64,000 bases of DNA from Hemiscyllium ocellatum. Its lineage: Eukaryota. Positions 1-11,731 of the stretch are shown in pieces. Position 1 is the stretch's first letter; each line of letters begins with the position of its first letter. A program made the position numbers and the translations under genes. The notes under the pieces are model-generated. The model did not search any database. It saw only the letters and a program-made list of their open reading frames with translations, and was not told the origin of the DNA. The stretch spans positions 48,037,575 through 48,101,574 of the forward strand of contig NC_083425.1 in assembly GCF_020745735.1 (NCBI RefSeq), written 5' to 3'.

Positions 1-48
1 ACCTCGCCGTGAGGTCTTAGCCACTGTTCAACATTTCTTGATGTCACA

Positions 49-178
49 AGGAATTAAGGGCTACGGGGAGAATGCTGGTAAGTGGAGTTGAAATGCCCAT
101 CAGCCATGATTGAATGGTGGAGTGGACTCAATGGGCCGAACGGCCTTACTTCCACTCCTATGTCTTATGGTCTTATGG
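49..178 (+). mobile_element. 3' end of a CR1-type LINE with (TCTTATGG)n tail
   Basis: CR1-like 3'UTR (atcagccatgattgaatggtgg...gggccgaacggcc) ending in the tandem tail tatgtcttatggtcttatgg. Confidence 0.7.
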
Positions 179-441
179 CATCTGCTTCAGCACAGGGTCT
201 CTCCTAGACTTGCAGGACTGGCTTCATAAGCAAACAGTCTCCTCTCTTTGGTTTTAACGCAAGCTGCTGATAATTCAAAAGTTACCTTTCAGCTCTCAGC
301 TCACATATTCCATCTCCAAATCAAAAATGGTAAAAAGCATAAATCATAAAGCATAATTAACATGGTTTTAACATTATTAATAGCTTTCTTTAACTTCTGC
401 CATTATTTGTCAACTGTTTTTGTTGCTAAACTCCTTTCCTA

Positions 442-825
442 GGCAAAAGTGGGTACTGCAGGTGCTGGAGATCAGAGTCAAGATTAGAGTGGTGCTGGAA
501 AAGCACAGCAGGTCAGGCAGCATCCGAGGAGCAGGAAAATCGCGTTTCAGGCAGGAGCCCTTCATCAGCCCTTCCTGATGAAGGGATCCTGCCCGAAACG
601 TCGATTTTCCTGCTGCTGTGATGCTGCCTGACCTGCTGTGCTTTTCCAGCACCACACTAATCTTGACTCTGATCTCCGGCACCTGCAGTACCCACTTTCA
701 CCGAGTTGATTTTAACCTTACTGTGAATCCTCTTGCAAGGATACCTCCCTTGAAGAAGTTCTCCACCTCTCTCTATAAAGATCTCAGTAAGTCTCTCTCT
801 CACTGCAGCCCCCAGGTCATCTCCT
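442..825. mobile_element. Fold-back (inverted-duplicated) Penelope-like terminus with two hammerhead cores, followed by probable element-internal sequence
   Basis: Arms 442-568 and 575-702 are reverse complements around the spacer cccttc. The right arm begins CTGATGA-agggatcctgccc-GAAACGTC. Assigning 703-825 to the element is inference. Confidence 0.75.
575..602 (+). ncRNA. Minimal hammerhead ribozyme core
   Basis: CUGAUGA + A + stem II (ggg/ccc) + GAAACGUC (palindromic ACGU, GUC cleavage triplet); stem I is very short. Confidence 0.55.
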
Positions 826-1992
826 TTCCCAGTCCTCTCCAGCTTGCCTGGCCTCAGTCTTTGTAATAGCTCTTATTTATGCTGAGCACAGTTGTTTCTG
901 ACCCAAGTTTCTCTCGCTCAAGCTGAATACCTAATTCTAACATGTTATGGTCGCTGCTTCCTCAGGATCATTTACTAAATATACCTCACAGCATATTGGC
1001 AGGTCCAAAATGGTCTGATCCTTTGTTGCATCTACAACATACCATCATAGGGAACAGTCTGGAATACAAACTACAAATTCTTCCTGTGGTTACCTCAACC
1101 AATTTAGACTCTCCCAGTCTACATGAAGATTAAAGTCATTGATAATTAATGTGGGTACTTGGTTATATGTCTTCATTATCTTCTGATTGATTCTCTATCC
1201 TCCCTTATAGATACTGTTAGGGGGCCGACAGATTACTCCTACCAGAGTACTCTTTTTATTTCTTACCTCCATCCATATTGATTCTACATCATCCAATCCA
1301 TGGTCATTTCTTGCTGTCTTACTTATTCCACCACCCTTTCCTTCCTGCCTCTTTCTTTCATAATTCACATATCTCTGAATATTTAGTTCCCAGCATTGAT
1401 CTTTGTATAACTATGCCTCCAAATGACAACAAAGTCATCATTATTAATTTATATTTGTGCCATTAATTCATTCAGTTATTCTGAATGCATTTGGCATCTT
1501 GTCATAATCAATCACAACTTCAGACCTTGTCAGCTGGTTCCTCCATTGGAAGTTTGCCCTGGTGCCCCTGGCAAATGGAAAGGAGCAACTTCAATACCCA
1601 ATGATTTATAGTCCCTCCAGTTTTGTTTGTTTTGTGCTGAGGTCCATATGCTGCAGTGATTTCCAAGAACCAGAAGCTAATGCTGGGAATAGTGTCAACA
1701 AGTGAGTGATGTGCAAGGACCCTCAGACTGTGCAGCCACAGATGAAGTATTGCACAAGGTTAGTTCTCACTTTCTTCTTGAAGCTAGCAGGTGTAAGGTA
1801 TTTGTGTTCATTAACTTAATACCTCTTTATGTGCATCTAGTTGCTCTTTATGACTATCTTCCCTATACATTAGGCAGCATAATGGCTTTAGCCCCTTGCC
1901 CAAAACTCTTGGGTTTAAGTTTATGAATGGTCCTGCACGGTCATTTATATATTAATCTTGCCACCCGCAAGCCTCCAACATCAACTCATCTT

Positions 1993-2312
1993 ATAGAATC
2001 CCTACGGCTGGAAGCAGGCCATTTCGTTCACTGAGTGCACCATCGACTCACTGAAGAGTATCCCATGCAGACCCACCATCCACCCTATTACCCTGCATTT
2101 CCTATGGCTAATCTACCTAGCTTTCACATCCCTGGGCACTACAGGCAATTTCCCATGGCCAATCCATGTAACCCTCACACCTTTGGATTGTGGGGGGGAA
2201 ACAAAGCACCCAGACAAAACCAAACAGAGTGTGGGGCAAACTTAACACAGACAGTAGACCAAGGGTAGAAATGAATCCAGGTCGCTGACTCTGTGAGGCA
2301 GCAGTGCCACCC
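1993..2312 (-). mobile_element. HE1-type V-SINE (diverged)
   Basis: Reverse complement of tRNA-like head (ctgtgaggcagcagtgc), V-domain (tttggattgtggg..gaaac) and CR1-derived tail (atagaatccctac). Confidence 0.8.
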
Positions 2313-3351
2313 ATGATTCTAGCGATAAAGATTCTGAATCCTTTTTTAAAAATCTTAGTTGTCCTTTTTGCTAAAGGTTAATTAAAGACTGGAAATGGTT
2401 GGGAAGTAGACATTTGCAGCGGCAAGTCCTTAACCACCTTTAATGTGCAGTTATTGTTTAGCTTCAGTGCGAAGGCTGTTAGGTATCACTTGCACAATAG
2501 TTTTTGGCATTTTAATGTTCAGTTTTCTTTGGGTGCAAGGTGGAAGTGTTTTCATTGTGCGTAAACATGTACAAACCAATTTGGTATCCCTTCCTTTTGC
2601 ACTGCACAGTCTCCAAAGTGCTCAGGTGGAAAACAACTTGATGAAAGATGGTGGCGACCAATGTTGAATTCAACTCTTTCAAGCTGTCAGCTCCCCCCTT
2701 CAAGTAAACATTCTCTGCCATTACTATTAATAGCCTTTTTGAACTTCTCTCTTGTCTTCTTCAAAGTTTCCATTTGACTTGCATTATCCCCCCAGATATT
2801 CCTGTTCTTCCCCCTGATCCCAGTCCCACTGAGGTCTCGATGCCCAGCTTCATATTTGTTCCAACTCCCAGCATTCAATTCTACTTCTCACTCTCTCTCC
2901 CTGGCATAGCAACTTACCCCATTGTGTTCCTCACCTTTAATATCCAGCTCCTACCCTTGCTCCATGACTATTCCTCTCCTGTCTGCATCTGAGTTTCCTC
3001 TTTCCTCTCCCCAGGGCCCCCAACGATCATACCCTTTGCATTCCTATACCTATCTACATACACTGCCTCTCTGTCCACTTTCTCCGTTCATCCTCCATTT
3101 CAGTTGATCTCCTTTAGAAGTTGACCCAGCCAAATTAGCCAACATGACTGCCTTGCTTGGCCAAGCTCAGGCTCCCATTGACAATTCATCCCTCAGGCAT
3201 TTCAACACCAGGCGTCTGTGAATGCATGAGACTTCTCTTGAACTGATGAACATGGACTGGCGGCATCCCTAACACTCTTTGTGTTTGTGTAAAGACATAG
3301 TGCTGTTATGAAGGAACCATGTTCCTGAAGAGAGGTGGAGTTACCGAAGTC

Positions 3352-3445
3352 CATTCCTGATGAAGGGCTTTTGCCCGAAACGTTGATTTTCCTGCTCCTC
3401 AGATGCTGCCTGACCTGCTGTGCTTTTCCAGCACTATTCTGATCT
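3352..3445 (+). mobile_element. Short PLE terminus with intact hammerhead core (3357-3384)
   Basis: CTGATGA-a-gggc-tttt-gccc-GAAACGTT followed by the family sequence gatgctgcctgacctgctgtgcttttccagcac. Confidence 0.75.
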
Positions 3446-5009
3446 CTAGCCTTAATGAAGGAAGCAATTAATCACCCGAGTAGATTAACTTGTTTACACA
3501 GTTGGGTTACTAGATGGACTTGTTTCTGGTTTTCGGCGAACAAAATTGTGCGTGTAACATACCTGCAATGGGCTAAGATGTTAATGTATGTTCATGACGC
3601 GCTAATGAATGCAAAATTCTGATTGTGATGGGAAAAGCCAGCCATCCTGAAAGTTTCTGAGAGCTTTACAACAAAGGTTTGTCTAACCATCAGGAAAACC
3701 TTTGCCCTAGTTAAGACTCTGCCTGACTTTCTACCAGCTCTGAGCGCACCTGGAAGATTCTGCCTGTTATGATACAAGCTCTGAATGAACTCAAGCTATA
3801 GGAGGTTGGAGAAGGGAGGCCAGTCAGGAGAAGAATTGCGGAGTTTAGAGCGAACAAAACGCGAGCTTTCCACAGCCAATGGGCCATGGAGGAGGGGAAA
3901 CAGGGCAACGCCCTAGAGATGAAGCTTGGGTGGTCTTTGTGATTGAGAGAATATGGCTTACTCAAAGTCAAAACAGCATTTCTCTTGTGAAGAGTCTGTT
4001 TCAATCTGAGGCAGTAGCCAGGAAGGAGGGTTGAATTGGCAACGAGAGCATGGAGTTTTTGAAGTCAATATTTGAATCTTAAAGAATTAATTGTACAACA
4101 TCTAGTAATTCATCAAGGTCACTGCAGAGAACGGAGCAATAAAGTTCCCTATCATATGAATTAGATGCTGTAATCTTTCATAAGTCATTATGTAAGTTAA
4201 AGACTGATGAACGCTGTAGCGAGATGAGGACAAATGTAAATCAGCAAATTATAATAATAATATATTAAAAATAATGATGACCACTGAACAGATTTAAGAT
4301 TTATGATCATAGAAGACAATTATTTTAAACTATTCTGAGTACATGTTAAGCTAATGCTGGCAAATGACTCAACTCCTGAGTGTCTGTACTTGGACAATGT
4401 AGATCAATATCTTTTACATGCATTTGTCAAGCTGCAGCTGATATCCAATCTGCAATCCAACAGCAGCCAAAGTACACAGCAGTATTCTTGTCAGGAAAGG
4501 ATTAACAAAATGTATATCAGCACAGGCTTGCCATCTAGGGAGTAAAAGGATGTCTAACAGTGCTGTGTGAGCCCAGGCAGTGTTGCAATTCCAGGACTGA
4601 CGTGTACACACTGAAGCAGAATCACAGTTTGGAACGTTGCATCTTCCAGGGTGTTGTGGCAAAGTGCTGTGACTCATGGCCTCTTCTGAAAGTCTCCAAA
4701 TGTTAGTTGCACGATCTGCAATGACTAACAGTGGAAAAGAACTTTACAGTGGCAGATTTCTGTGTGGAATATCACCCCTTATATAAACAAACTTCAAAGA
4801 TGATTGCCTTACTAAACTGCCAGCTAAATAATTGCTCTGCAATTAATGCTTTTCTTTGCACAAACAACAGTCATTTTGAGTTTAAATGCAAGGCGGCAGG
4901 TTGTAAAATCAGTAATTTGAGTTCAACAGTTTTGGGCACAGCTTTGAAGAGCTGCTATAGCAGCCGGTCAAGATGGATAGAAGGGCTATAGGTGAATTAC
5001 TCTAGAAGT

Positions 5010-5535
5010 TGACTTTCAGCGTGGTCTCTCGGCCTGGCGTGGCAGTCTCTCGGAGTGTAAGTGGATCCTGCCGAGCCATGTTCTGGAGGCAGTTTGAGGA
5101 GACTGGGGAGAGGGCAGCTTCAGCAGTAGCAGCAGTGAATGGCATTGTGGATCAATGCAAGAAGAGTTAGCGATGTGGGAGCTCCCCCCAGTTTCTGGAG
5201 CAGCGGCATCAAGTACAGGCAGCTGAGGTTTCCCTGAGAGCAAACGAAGTAGAGGACCCATCAAAGACTGTTGAATTTTTAACTTAATTCCTTTATTTTC
5301 CTAGTTTATATTAAGAAGGACTTTATGTAAACTATTACCTTACTTCTTTATTCTTCTTTTTATTCAATGAAGGGAATGCTTAACTTTTTAAAATTTGGTT
5401 CTTTTGCTGCTTTGTGTCTAAGTTTTTGTACCTGGGACCTTTATACCCAAGGTGGCACTGTGTGTGGTGACATCATATACTTTTCACTGTGTTCCTGTGC
5501 TAGAGTATATGTGACAATAAAATCTAAATTAAAAA
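5010..5535 (+). mobile_element. Non-autonomous retroelement fragment with LINE-like 3' end (ttttcactgt...gtgacaataaa)
   Basis: GC-rich 5' part, T-rich middle, 3' end ttttcactgtg..tatgtgacaataaaatctaaa; related sequence on the minus strand at ~48090-48560. Confidence 0.5.
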
Positions 5536-6775
5536 TGTTAAAAGTCTAGAATCAATAGAACTGTCAGCTTATAAGTCTGTGTGTTCTCCAACCATCTTTT
5601 ATAAACTTGGAAGAAGTATTGAATCCTGGAAGAGCAGCCTAAATCCAATTATCCCATTTCTCTTAGGTTACTGCATTTCAATTGTCGAAGTTACAGTGAA
5701 TCCCCTTAGAATCCCCATAGAGATTACCAGTCAACAATGAGAAAAGACTGGCATTTATCTCCCACCTTTCAAAGCTTCCTGATATCCCAATGTGCTTTAC
5801 AGCTAATTATGTACTTTTGAGAATCGTCTCTGTTTTTATGTCAGAGAATACTGCATTTTACAGTGAGGAAAGTTTTCACAGAGATACTTTGAAAATTAAA
5901 TTGATTTTTATCATGGTGCAGGGTTTGCATGTTAATGTAAAGTGCAATCTGTGTGGTTGGAAGGATGCTGTTGAGAATGCCAAATGAGAAAATGTAATTG
6001 CCCTCAAGTGACTGCTTCAAAATTATGTGAAATAATGTAGAAAGCAATTTTACATATCTAGTACTCTGAGAGTTATAGCACAAGCATCTTTTATCTTATT
6101 CCCACTCTGGAACTAGTTGCAGTATTGCCAATGTTAGACTGAAGAACTTGTCTAGGTATTGATGCCAAGCAATTGGAATCAGTGGCAATGCCCACAATGA
6201 GCAGATACGGGCACTCTGCCCAGATATATTGGCCTTGGAAGCAGGGGAGGTCAGATTCATGAAAATAATCTTGGATAAAATTAAAATGATAACTCGCAGA
6301 AACTGAAAATTTAAAGTTGAATTTGAGATTTGATTGATGTTTTTAAGATGCTAAGGGAAATAGACAGGTGAGAGGGTGAGAAATTATTTCCACTCATTTG
6401 GGAGTTTCAAACCAGGGGACATGAAAATGAGCTAGAGGTTTAAGGAATTAAATTAAGATGGAATATTTAGGTTTTGGAATTCTCTTTAGCAAATAGCAAT
6501 TTGCTTTGCAATAACTACAAATGTTAAACCAAAAATTAATCAACTTTTGTTACTCAAAGGCATTCAGGGATATAAGACAATTGTCAATATATGAGCTGTG
6601 ATCACAGGTTAAAAGTTTCTTGGTGATTGGGAAAGGAACAGACTTGAGGGGCTAAATGGCCTATTTTTGTTCATAATGAGCAGAGTTGAGTTGGAGCAAG
6701 GGATTATGCTGGTGTTTAGACACAGAATCTGTCCTTAATTAAATCATCAACCCCAAAAAATACATTAAAAGCCGT

Positions 6776-6947
6776 AAGAACTGTGGACACTCGAAATCAG
6801 AAACCATAACAGGAATTATTGGAAAAGCTCAGCAGGTCTGGTGGCATCTGTGGACAGAAATCAGAATTAATGCTTCAGGTCCAATGACCCTTCCTCATCT
6901 CCACAACCTACTGAGCTTTGTCAGCAATTTCTGTTTTTGTTTCTGAA
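6776..6947. mobile_element. Decayed fold-back PLE-type terminus (further family)
   Basis: Inverted arms (tcagaaac..ggaaaagctcagcaggt / acctactgagctttgtcagcaatttctgtttttgtttctga) with a decayed HHR-like centre; similar copy at ~10340-10505. Confidence 0.5.
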
Positions 6948-7059
6948 AAATACATTGGTCATTTGTGCGGGATCTTGTGGTAAGTGTGGGGAATGGCTAC
7001 TGCGTTCTTATGAACAACAAACCAATGAATCAGTACTCAAAGCTGCTCCAAAGAGTCTG

Positions 7060-7690
7060 CACACAGCCCTCGACATGCCAAAGTCCTTCACAGCAGGAAG
7101 TCATTACTGCACACTGACGTTACAGTACCACGCAGCCATCGGTGTTCCAACATCCATCACAGCAGGAAGTCATTACTGCACACTGACGTTACAGTACCAC
7201 GCAGCCATCAGTGTTCCAACATCCATCACAGCAGTAAGTCATTACTGCACACTGACATTACAGTCCCACACAGCCATCGGTGTTCCCATGCCCTTCACAG
7301 CAGGAAGTCATTACTGCACACTGACGTTACAGCCCCACACAGCCATCGGTGTTCCCATGTCCTTCACAGCAGGAAGTCATTACTGCACACTGACATTACA
7401 GTCCCACACAGCCATCAGAGTTCCAATGTCCTTCACTGCAGGAAATCATTACTGCACACTGATATTACAGTCCCACACAACCATCGGTGTTCCCATGTCC
7501 TTCACTGCAGGAAATCATTACTGCACACTGATATTACAGTCCCACACAGCCATCGGTGTTCCCATGTCCTTCACAGCAGGAAATCATTACTGCACACTGA
7601 TATTACAGTCCCACACAGCTATCAGTGTTCCAATGTCCTTCACAGTAGGAAGTCATTACTGCACACTGACATTACAGTCTCACACAGCCA
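7060..7690 (+). repeat. 69-bp minisatellite, ~9 copies
   Basis: cagcaggaag recurs at 7091 and 7160 (period 69); gives a 23-aa repeat TAGSHYCTLTLQSHTAIGVPMSF in ORF 6937-7737. Confidence 0.95.
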
Positions 7691-7789
7691 GAAAGTCAAC
7701 CAGTCAGAACGGAGATTATGGAGGTCTGTTTGTCTAATTCCTCCCTAAACAATAAAGACAACTCTGACCAGAATGTTCTGGATGTTGGT

Positions 7790-8010
7790 GCCCAGTTGTC
7801 CCACAATACTGAAATGGTTAAGTCACTGCAAACACAAATACAATCATCCATGGGTTGGATGGCTTTGTTAATTGCTAAATGTCTTTTTAATGTTTGCCTT
7901 AGGTTTCCATGCCTGGTTCTTGGTTGGTAATTTGACGAGATATGTCTCTCCAGGATAACTGTTGACAAGATATTCCCTTTACACTCTGCCAATATCTTTG
8001 GCATCTAGCT
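7790..8010 (-). mobile_element. Possible ancient Gypsy integrase remnant
   Basis: Frameshifted minus-strand pieces (CKGNILSTV / WRDISRQI / PSNPWMIV) resemble the integrase Zn-finger and PW motifs; heavily decayed. Confidence 0.25.
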
Positions 8011-8223
8011 GCTGTTTATGTCTGCTTTCTGGGTTTTGTGACTTCAGAGTTTTACTTGACCAATGTATCCAGCAGCCCTTACTGTTCAGCCAAGTTGGCA
8101 ATCTGATCTGTGTTTTACTAGCCAGGTGGCTGCTCTATCCCAATGATCTTCAATACCCTCACCTAACAAGAATTTATTCAATCCCACCGTAAAGATATTC
8201 AACTGTTCCACCTTCATCAACTT

Positions 8224-8549
8224 TTAGATTAGATTCCCTACAGTATGGAACTAGGCCATTAGGCCCAACAAGTCCACACCGACCCTTCGAAGAGGATAAC
8301 CCACCCAGACTCATTCCCCTAACCTATATTTACTCCTGACTAATGCACCAAACACTATGGGCAATTTTACATGGACAATTCAACTGCCCTGATATCTTTG
8401 GATTGTGGAGGAAAGTGGAGCCCCCAGAGGAAACCCACACGGTCAAGGGGAGAATGTGCAAACTCCACACAGTCGTCGGAGGCGGGAATCAAACCTGGGT
8501 CCCTGGCTCTGTGAGGTAGCTGTGCTCACCACTGAACCACCTTGCCACT
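8224..8549 (-). mobile_element. HE1-type V-SINE
   Basis: ttagattagattccctacag tail, V-domain (gaaacccacac..gggagaatgtgcaaactccacacag), tRNA-like head. Confidence 0.9.
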
Positions 8550-9249
8550 CTTTTAAGGCAGAGTTCTCATAATGTCACTGGAAATGAGCCGAGCCTGCCC
8601 AACCTTTCCTCATAAAATGAGCCTACTCATTCCAAGTGACAAGTAAAGCTTTTCAGAACCACTTCCAAGTCATAATTATTCAAGTCAAATTAATCCACTT
8701 ATTGTGAAAGGCAAGCAACTCTTAATGAGGTCTGATCAGGGTCTGTGTAAGCACAAGGCTTCCCCTTCCCTCCTGAAAAAACTGAAACATAAACAGACAA
8801 AGAAATACAATATTGAGTATTTTGTTAATTAGCTTTCAACTCAGTACGGGAGCTGTTTTCCTAGATGGATGTTGTTACCAATGAGTGATGCAAAGAAATG
8901 TCTGAGTGTTTCCATCAGAAAACTCTGCCCATCATTTCCCATTGAATACTAGAGAGCATTCGGAAGAACATCTCTGCTTCTTTTATCAAAGCTGTATTGG
9001 CCATTGTTGATCTTACCATTCAACTGTAAGTGCACTTTTGATAAGCCTGCAGCACTGACTTTGATCTTTCAGTCTGAATGGTACTCTGCATGAATGGATC
9101 ATCTGTAGTACACGTGACTGAAGTGACAATCACCTACCCCAGTGTTTGGAAACTGCTCAATCTTTATTTTCTAATGACAATGAGGTATCTGTTCTTCACA
9201 TTTTACTATTCCTCTTCAAGCCGTCCAATGTGGTGATTGTAATCCATCA

Positions 9250-9386
9250 TGTTCATGTTTATATTTATGTTCATATTGATGTTTATGTGTATGTTTGTGT
9301 TTATGTGTATGTTTATGTTTATGTGTATGTTTGTGTTTATGTGTATGTTTATGTTTATGTGTATGTTTGTGTTTATGTTTATGTTT
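9250..9386 (+). repeat. Compound hexamer microsatellite (GTTTAT/GTGTAT/GTTTGT)n
   Basis: Directly visible tandem hexamers. Confidence 0.95.
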
Positions 9387-9869
9387 GGAAGACTCTCTGC
9401 TGGTCAGTCTATGCTCCTTTAAAATTGTTGCAGGAGCTGCCTACTCAATGTATTCAGTTTTCAAACAAGAATACAACTCCACCTCTATGTTTGTCTTTGG
9501 TTTCTTGAAGGAAGTAATCCTTCTTTTATTTTACTTTAGTCCAGTTTTTCCATCTGTTTTTAAAGTTGCATGGAATATTGTCCGATAATCATGTGGTGAT
9601 AAAACAAATAGCGAAAGACAGAATCTGCTCCACTATACATTACAATTAAAACGTGTTCTTGATCTCAGTACATTTTCCTGTCTTATCCCCCTGTTGCTTG
9701 ATCTACTGGGTCCAAGGTGGGTCTCCAAGTCTCTGGGAATGTTTAATGGCAATCTGCAGGAGATAATTCCAATGATTTAGACCTTCTGGATGAAGGAGTG
9801 ACTCCTCAATTCAGCGCAAGAAATGGTCCAGTCCCTGTCTAGAAAGTTCTAAACTCTCCAGCCAACAGA

Positions 9870-9962
9870 CTGATGAAAGGCTTATGCCTGAAACGTTGAT
9901 TCTCCTGCACCTCGGATGCTGCCTGACCCGCTGTGCTTTTCCAATGCTACACTCTCGACTCT
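9870..9962 (+). mobile_element. Short PLE terminus with hammerhead core
   Basis: CTGATGA-aaggcttatgcct-GAAACGTT followed by the family body. Confidence 0.7.
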
Positions 9963-10162
9963 ACACCCCTGTTCACTTTGAATGTGCTATTATTTTAACT
10001 GAAATCTTAATGCAGTTCCTGGAAGGATAGAATTTTGTTTTTTTCTTGAGCTGTATAACAATAGCAATCATAAACTATTCCACAATCATGGTGCCTGCAC
10101 TCACATTGCAATGTGAAGGAGAAAATAAAAAAAAATGCAAAGTCAATTGCATTCTTCCTGAA

Positions 10163-10312
10163 GCAAAAGTGAGGACTGCAGATGCTGGAAACCAGAGTTT
10201 AGATTAGAGTGGTGCTGGAAAAGCACAGCAGGTCAGGCAGCATCCAAGGAGCAGGAAAATCAACATTTTGGGCAAAAGCCCTTCATCAGGAATAGAGGCA
10301 GGAAGCCTCCAG
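10163..10312 (-). mobile_element. Short PLE terminus (HHR decayed)
   Basis: aaagtgaggactgcagatgctgg...gggcaaaagcccttcatcagg; GAAAC mutated. Confidence 0.75.
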
Positions 10313-11279
10313 ACCCCTTTAGAAAAGTAGAGTGTAATAAGAACAGAAATTGCTGAAATTCAGTGGGTCAGGCAGCCACCATGAAGAGAAAGGGAGAGCT
10401 AATGCATCCAGTTCAGTGACACTTCTGTATTCAAAACATTGACTCTGCTGAACTTATCCAGCAATTTCTGTTTTTGGTTCAGATCTTCAACATTCACAGT
10501 TTTTTTTTGTTTTATTTTTAATATAATGTGATGATGGGACAATAATTTATTGCCAAATTTAATATTGAGCTGAAGTAGTTTATCTCAACCAGTCTGTGAC
10601 CAGTAAACACTGTAATTCAATGATTTCTGCCTTTGACAACAGTTTCATTCAACAGCCTTTACCTCCATCTGCTGGCATAAGGTGGAATTGATTCATGGAG
10701 GAGAAATTCAGCTTGAAGTCCCTGAACCAGGTCTTTCATCTGCAGCTAAATTCACGGATCCCTTATTTAAGGTGAGTTCATAAACAGAGGACGGGCCACT
10801 TTTTCTTTCTCTTAAACTACGTGGTACCATTTATGCAGAACTATTCAAAGAAACACTTCCTTAAAATGATAAAGGAAAATAAATTATTTGTATCAATACC
10901 CTTTGTCATGGAGTGACAGGAATTGGGAGTCACTTCTGCCAGCCTCATGCCTAAAAGCTTTTCAAACAGCAACAGTAGAGCTCCTGTTGTTAATTTCCAC
11001 ATACTTTACACGACTGATGCCAATAAATTCACGACATAACATTATGTTCCTCTGTCAGAATTTATGAGCGACTGTGCTTTTACTCTGGGGAACTCAGAGA
11101 GAGAGACTGGTTGCGTGTTTGCCAGCCTCAGGTCACTTGTGGTCACACTCGCGGAAGATGTGGTGCCACAAGAAAGCACAAGGGAGGAATCTAACATCAA
11201 AAATAACGAAGAGAAGCGTGAAAACAGAAACCAACGAGGCAACTAAAGCGCTGTTTTGGTCAGTGCCTCCAAAAAGTTA

Positions 11280-11525
11280 AGATTAGATTACTTACAGTGT
11301 GGAAACAGGCCCTTTGGCCCAACAAGTCCACACCGACCCACCGAAGCGCAACCCACCCATACCCCTACATTTACCCCTTACCTAACACTACGGGCAATTT
11401 AGCATGGCCAATTCACCTGACCCGCACATCTTTGGACTGTGGGAGGAAACCAGAGCACCCGGAGGAAACCCACGCAGACACGGGGAGAACGTGCAAACTC
11501 CACACAGTCAGTCGCCTGAGTCGGG
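11280..11525 (-). mobile_element. HE1-type V-SINE, 5'-truncated
   Basis: (AGATT)n tail and near-consensus V-domain; head missing just before the L1 insertion site. Confidence 0.9.
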
Positions 11526-11731
11526 GCTGCATGAGTAACTTGCATTAACTTGCGTGAGTGGGGGATCCAAGATAGCGGCGACCCAGCAAGTCTGAGTCTA
11601 TAGTGCTCTTCCCAAGACTTGGGTAAAGTGGGTCACCCACCCCCACCACACTCACCAAATCATTCATAATAGCTGATAACTTTAAATAGTTGCTTAGTAT
11701 TACATTTAAATAGTTTAATAGTTTAGTAAAA

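Noticed and set aside
4204-4230. CTGATGA followed by a small hairpin (cgct-gt-agcg)
   Set aside because: No GAAA box or stem I; not a hammerhead
7060-7690. CRISPR-like periodicity (also 51248-51598)
   Set aside because: Units are contiguous with no unique spacers, there are no cas genes, and the context is eukaryotic
9146-9588. VYVYVC / CLCVCL ORFs
   Set aside because: Hexamer microsatellite translation
11064-11246. 60-aa charged ORF in unique sequence
   Set aside because: No recognisable domain or splice evidence; length is expected by chance
11297-11548. Recurrent ORF WPIHLTRTSLDCGRKPEHPEETHADTGR (also 45302, 47796, 49160)
   Set aside because: Antisense translation of the HE1 SINE, not a protein family
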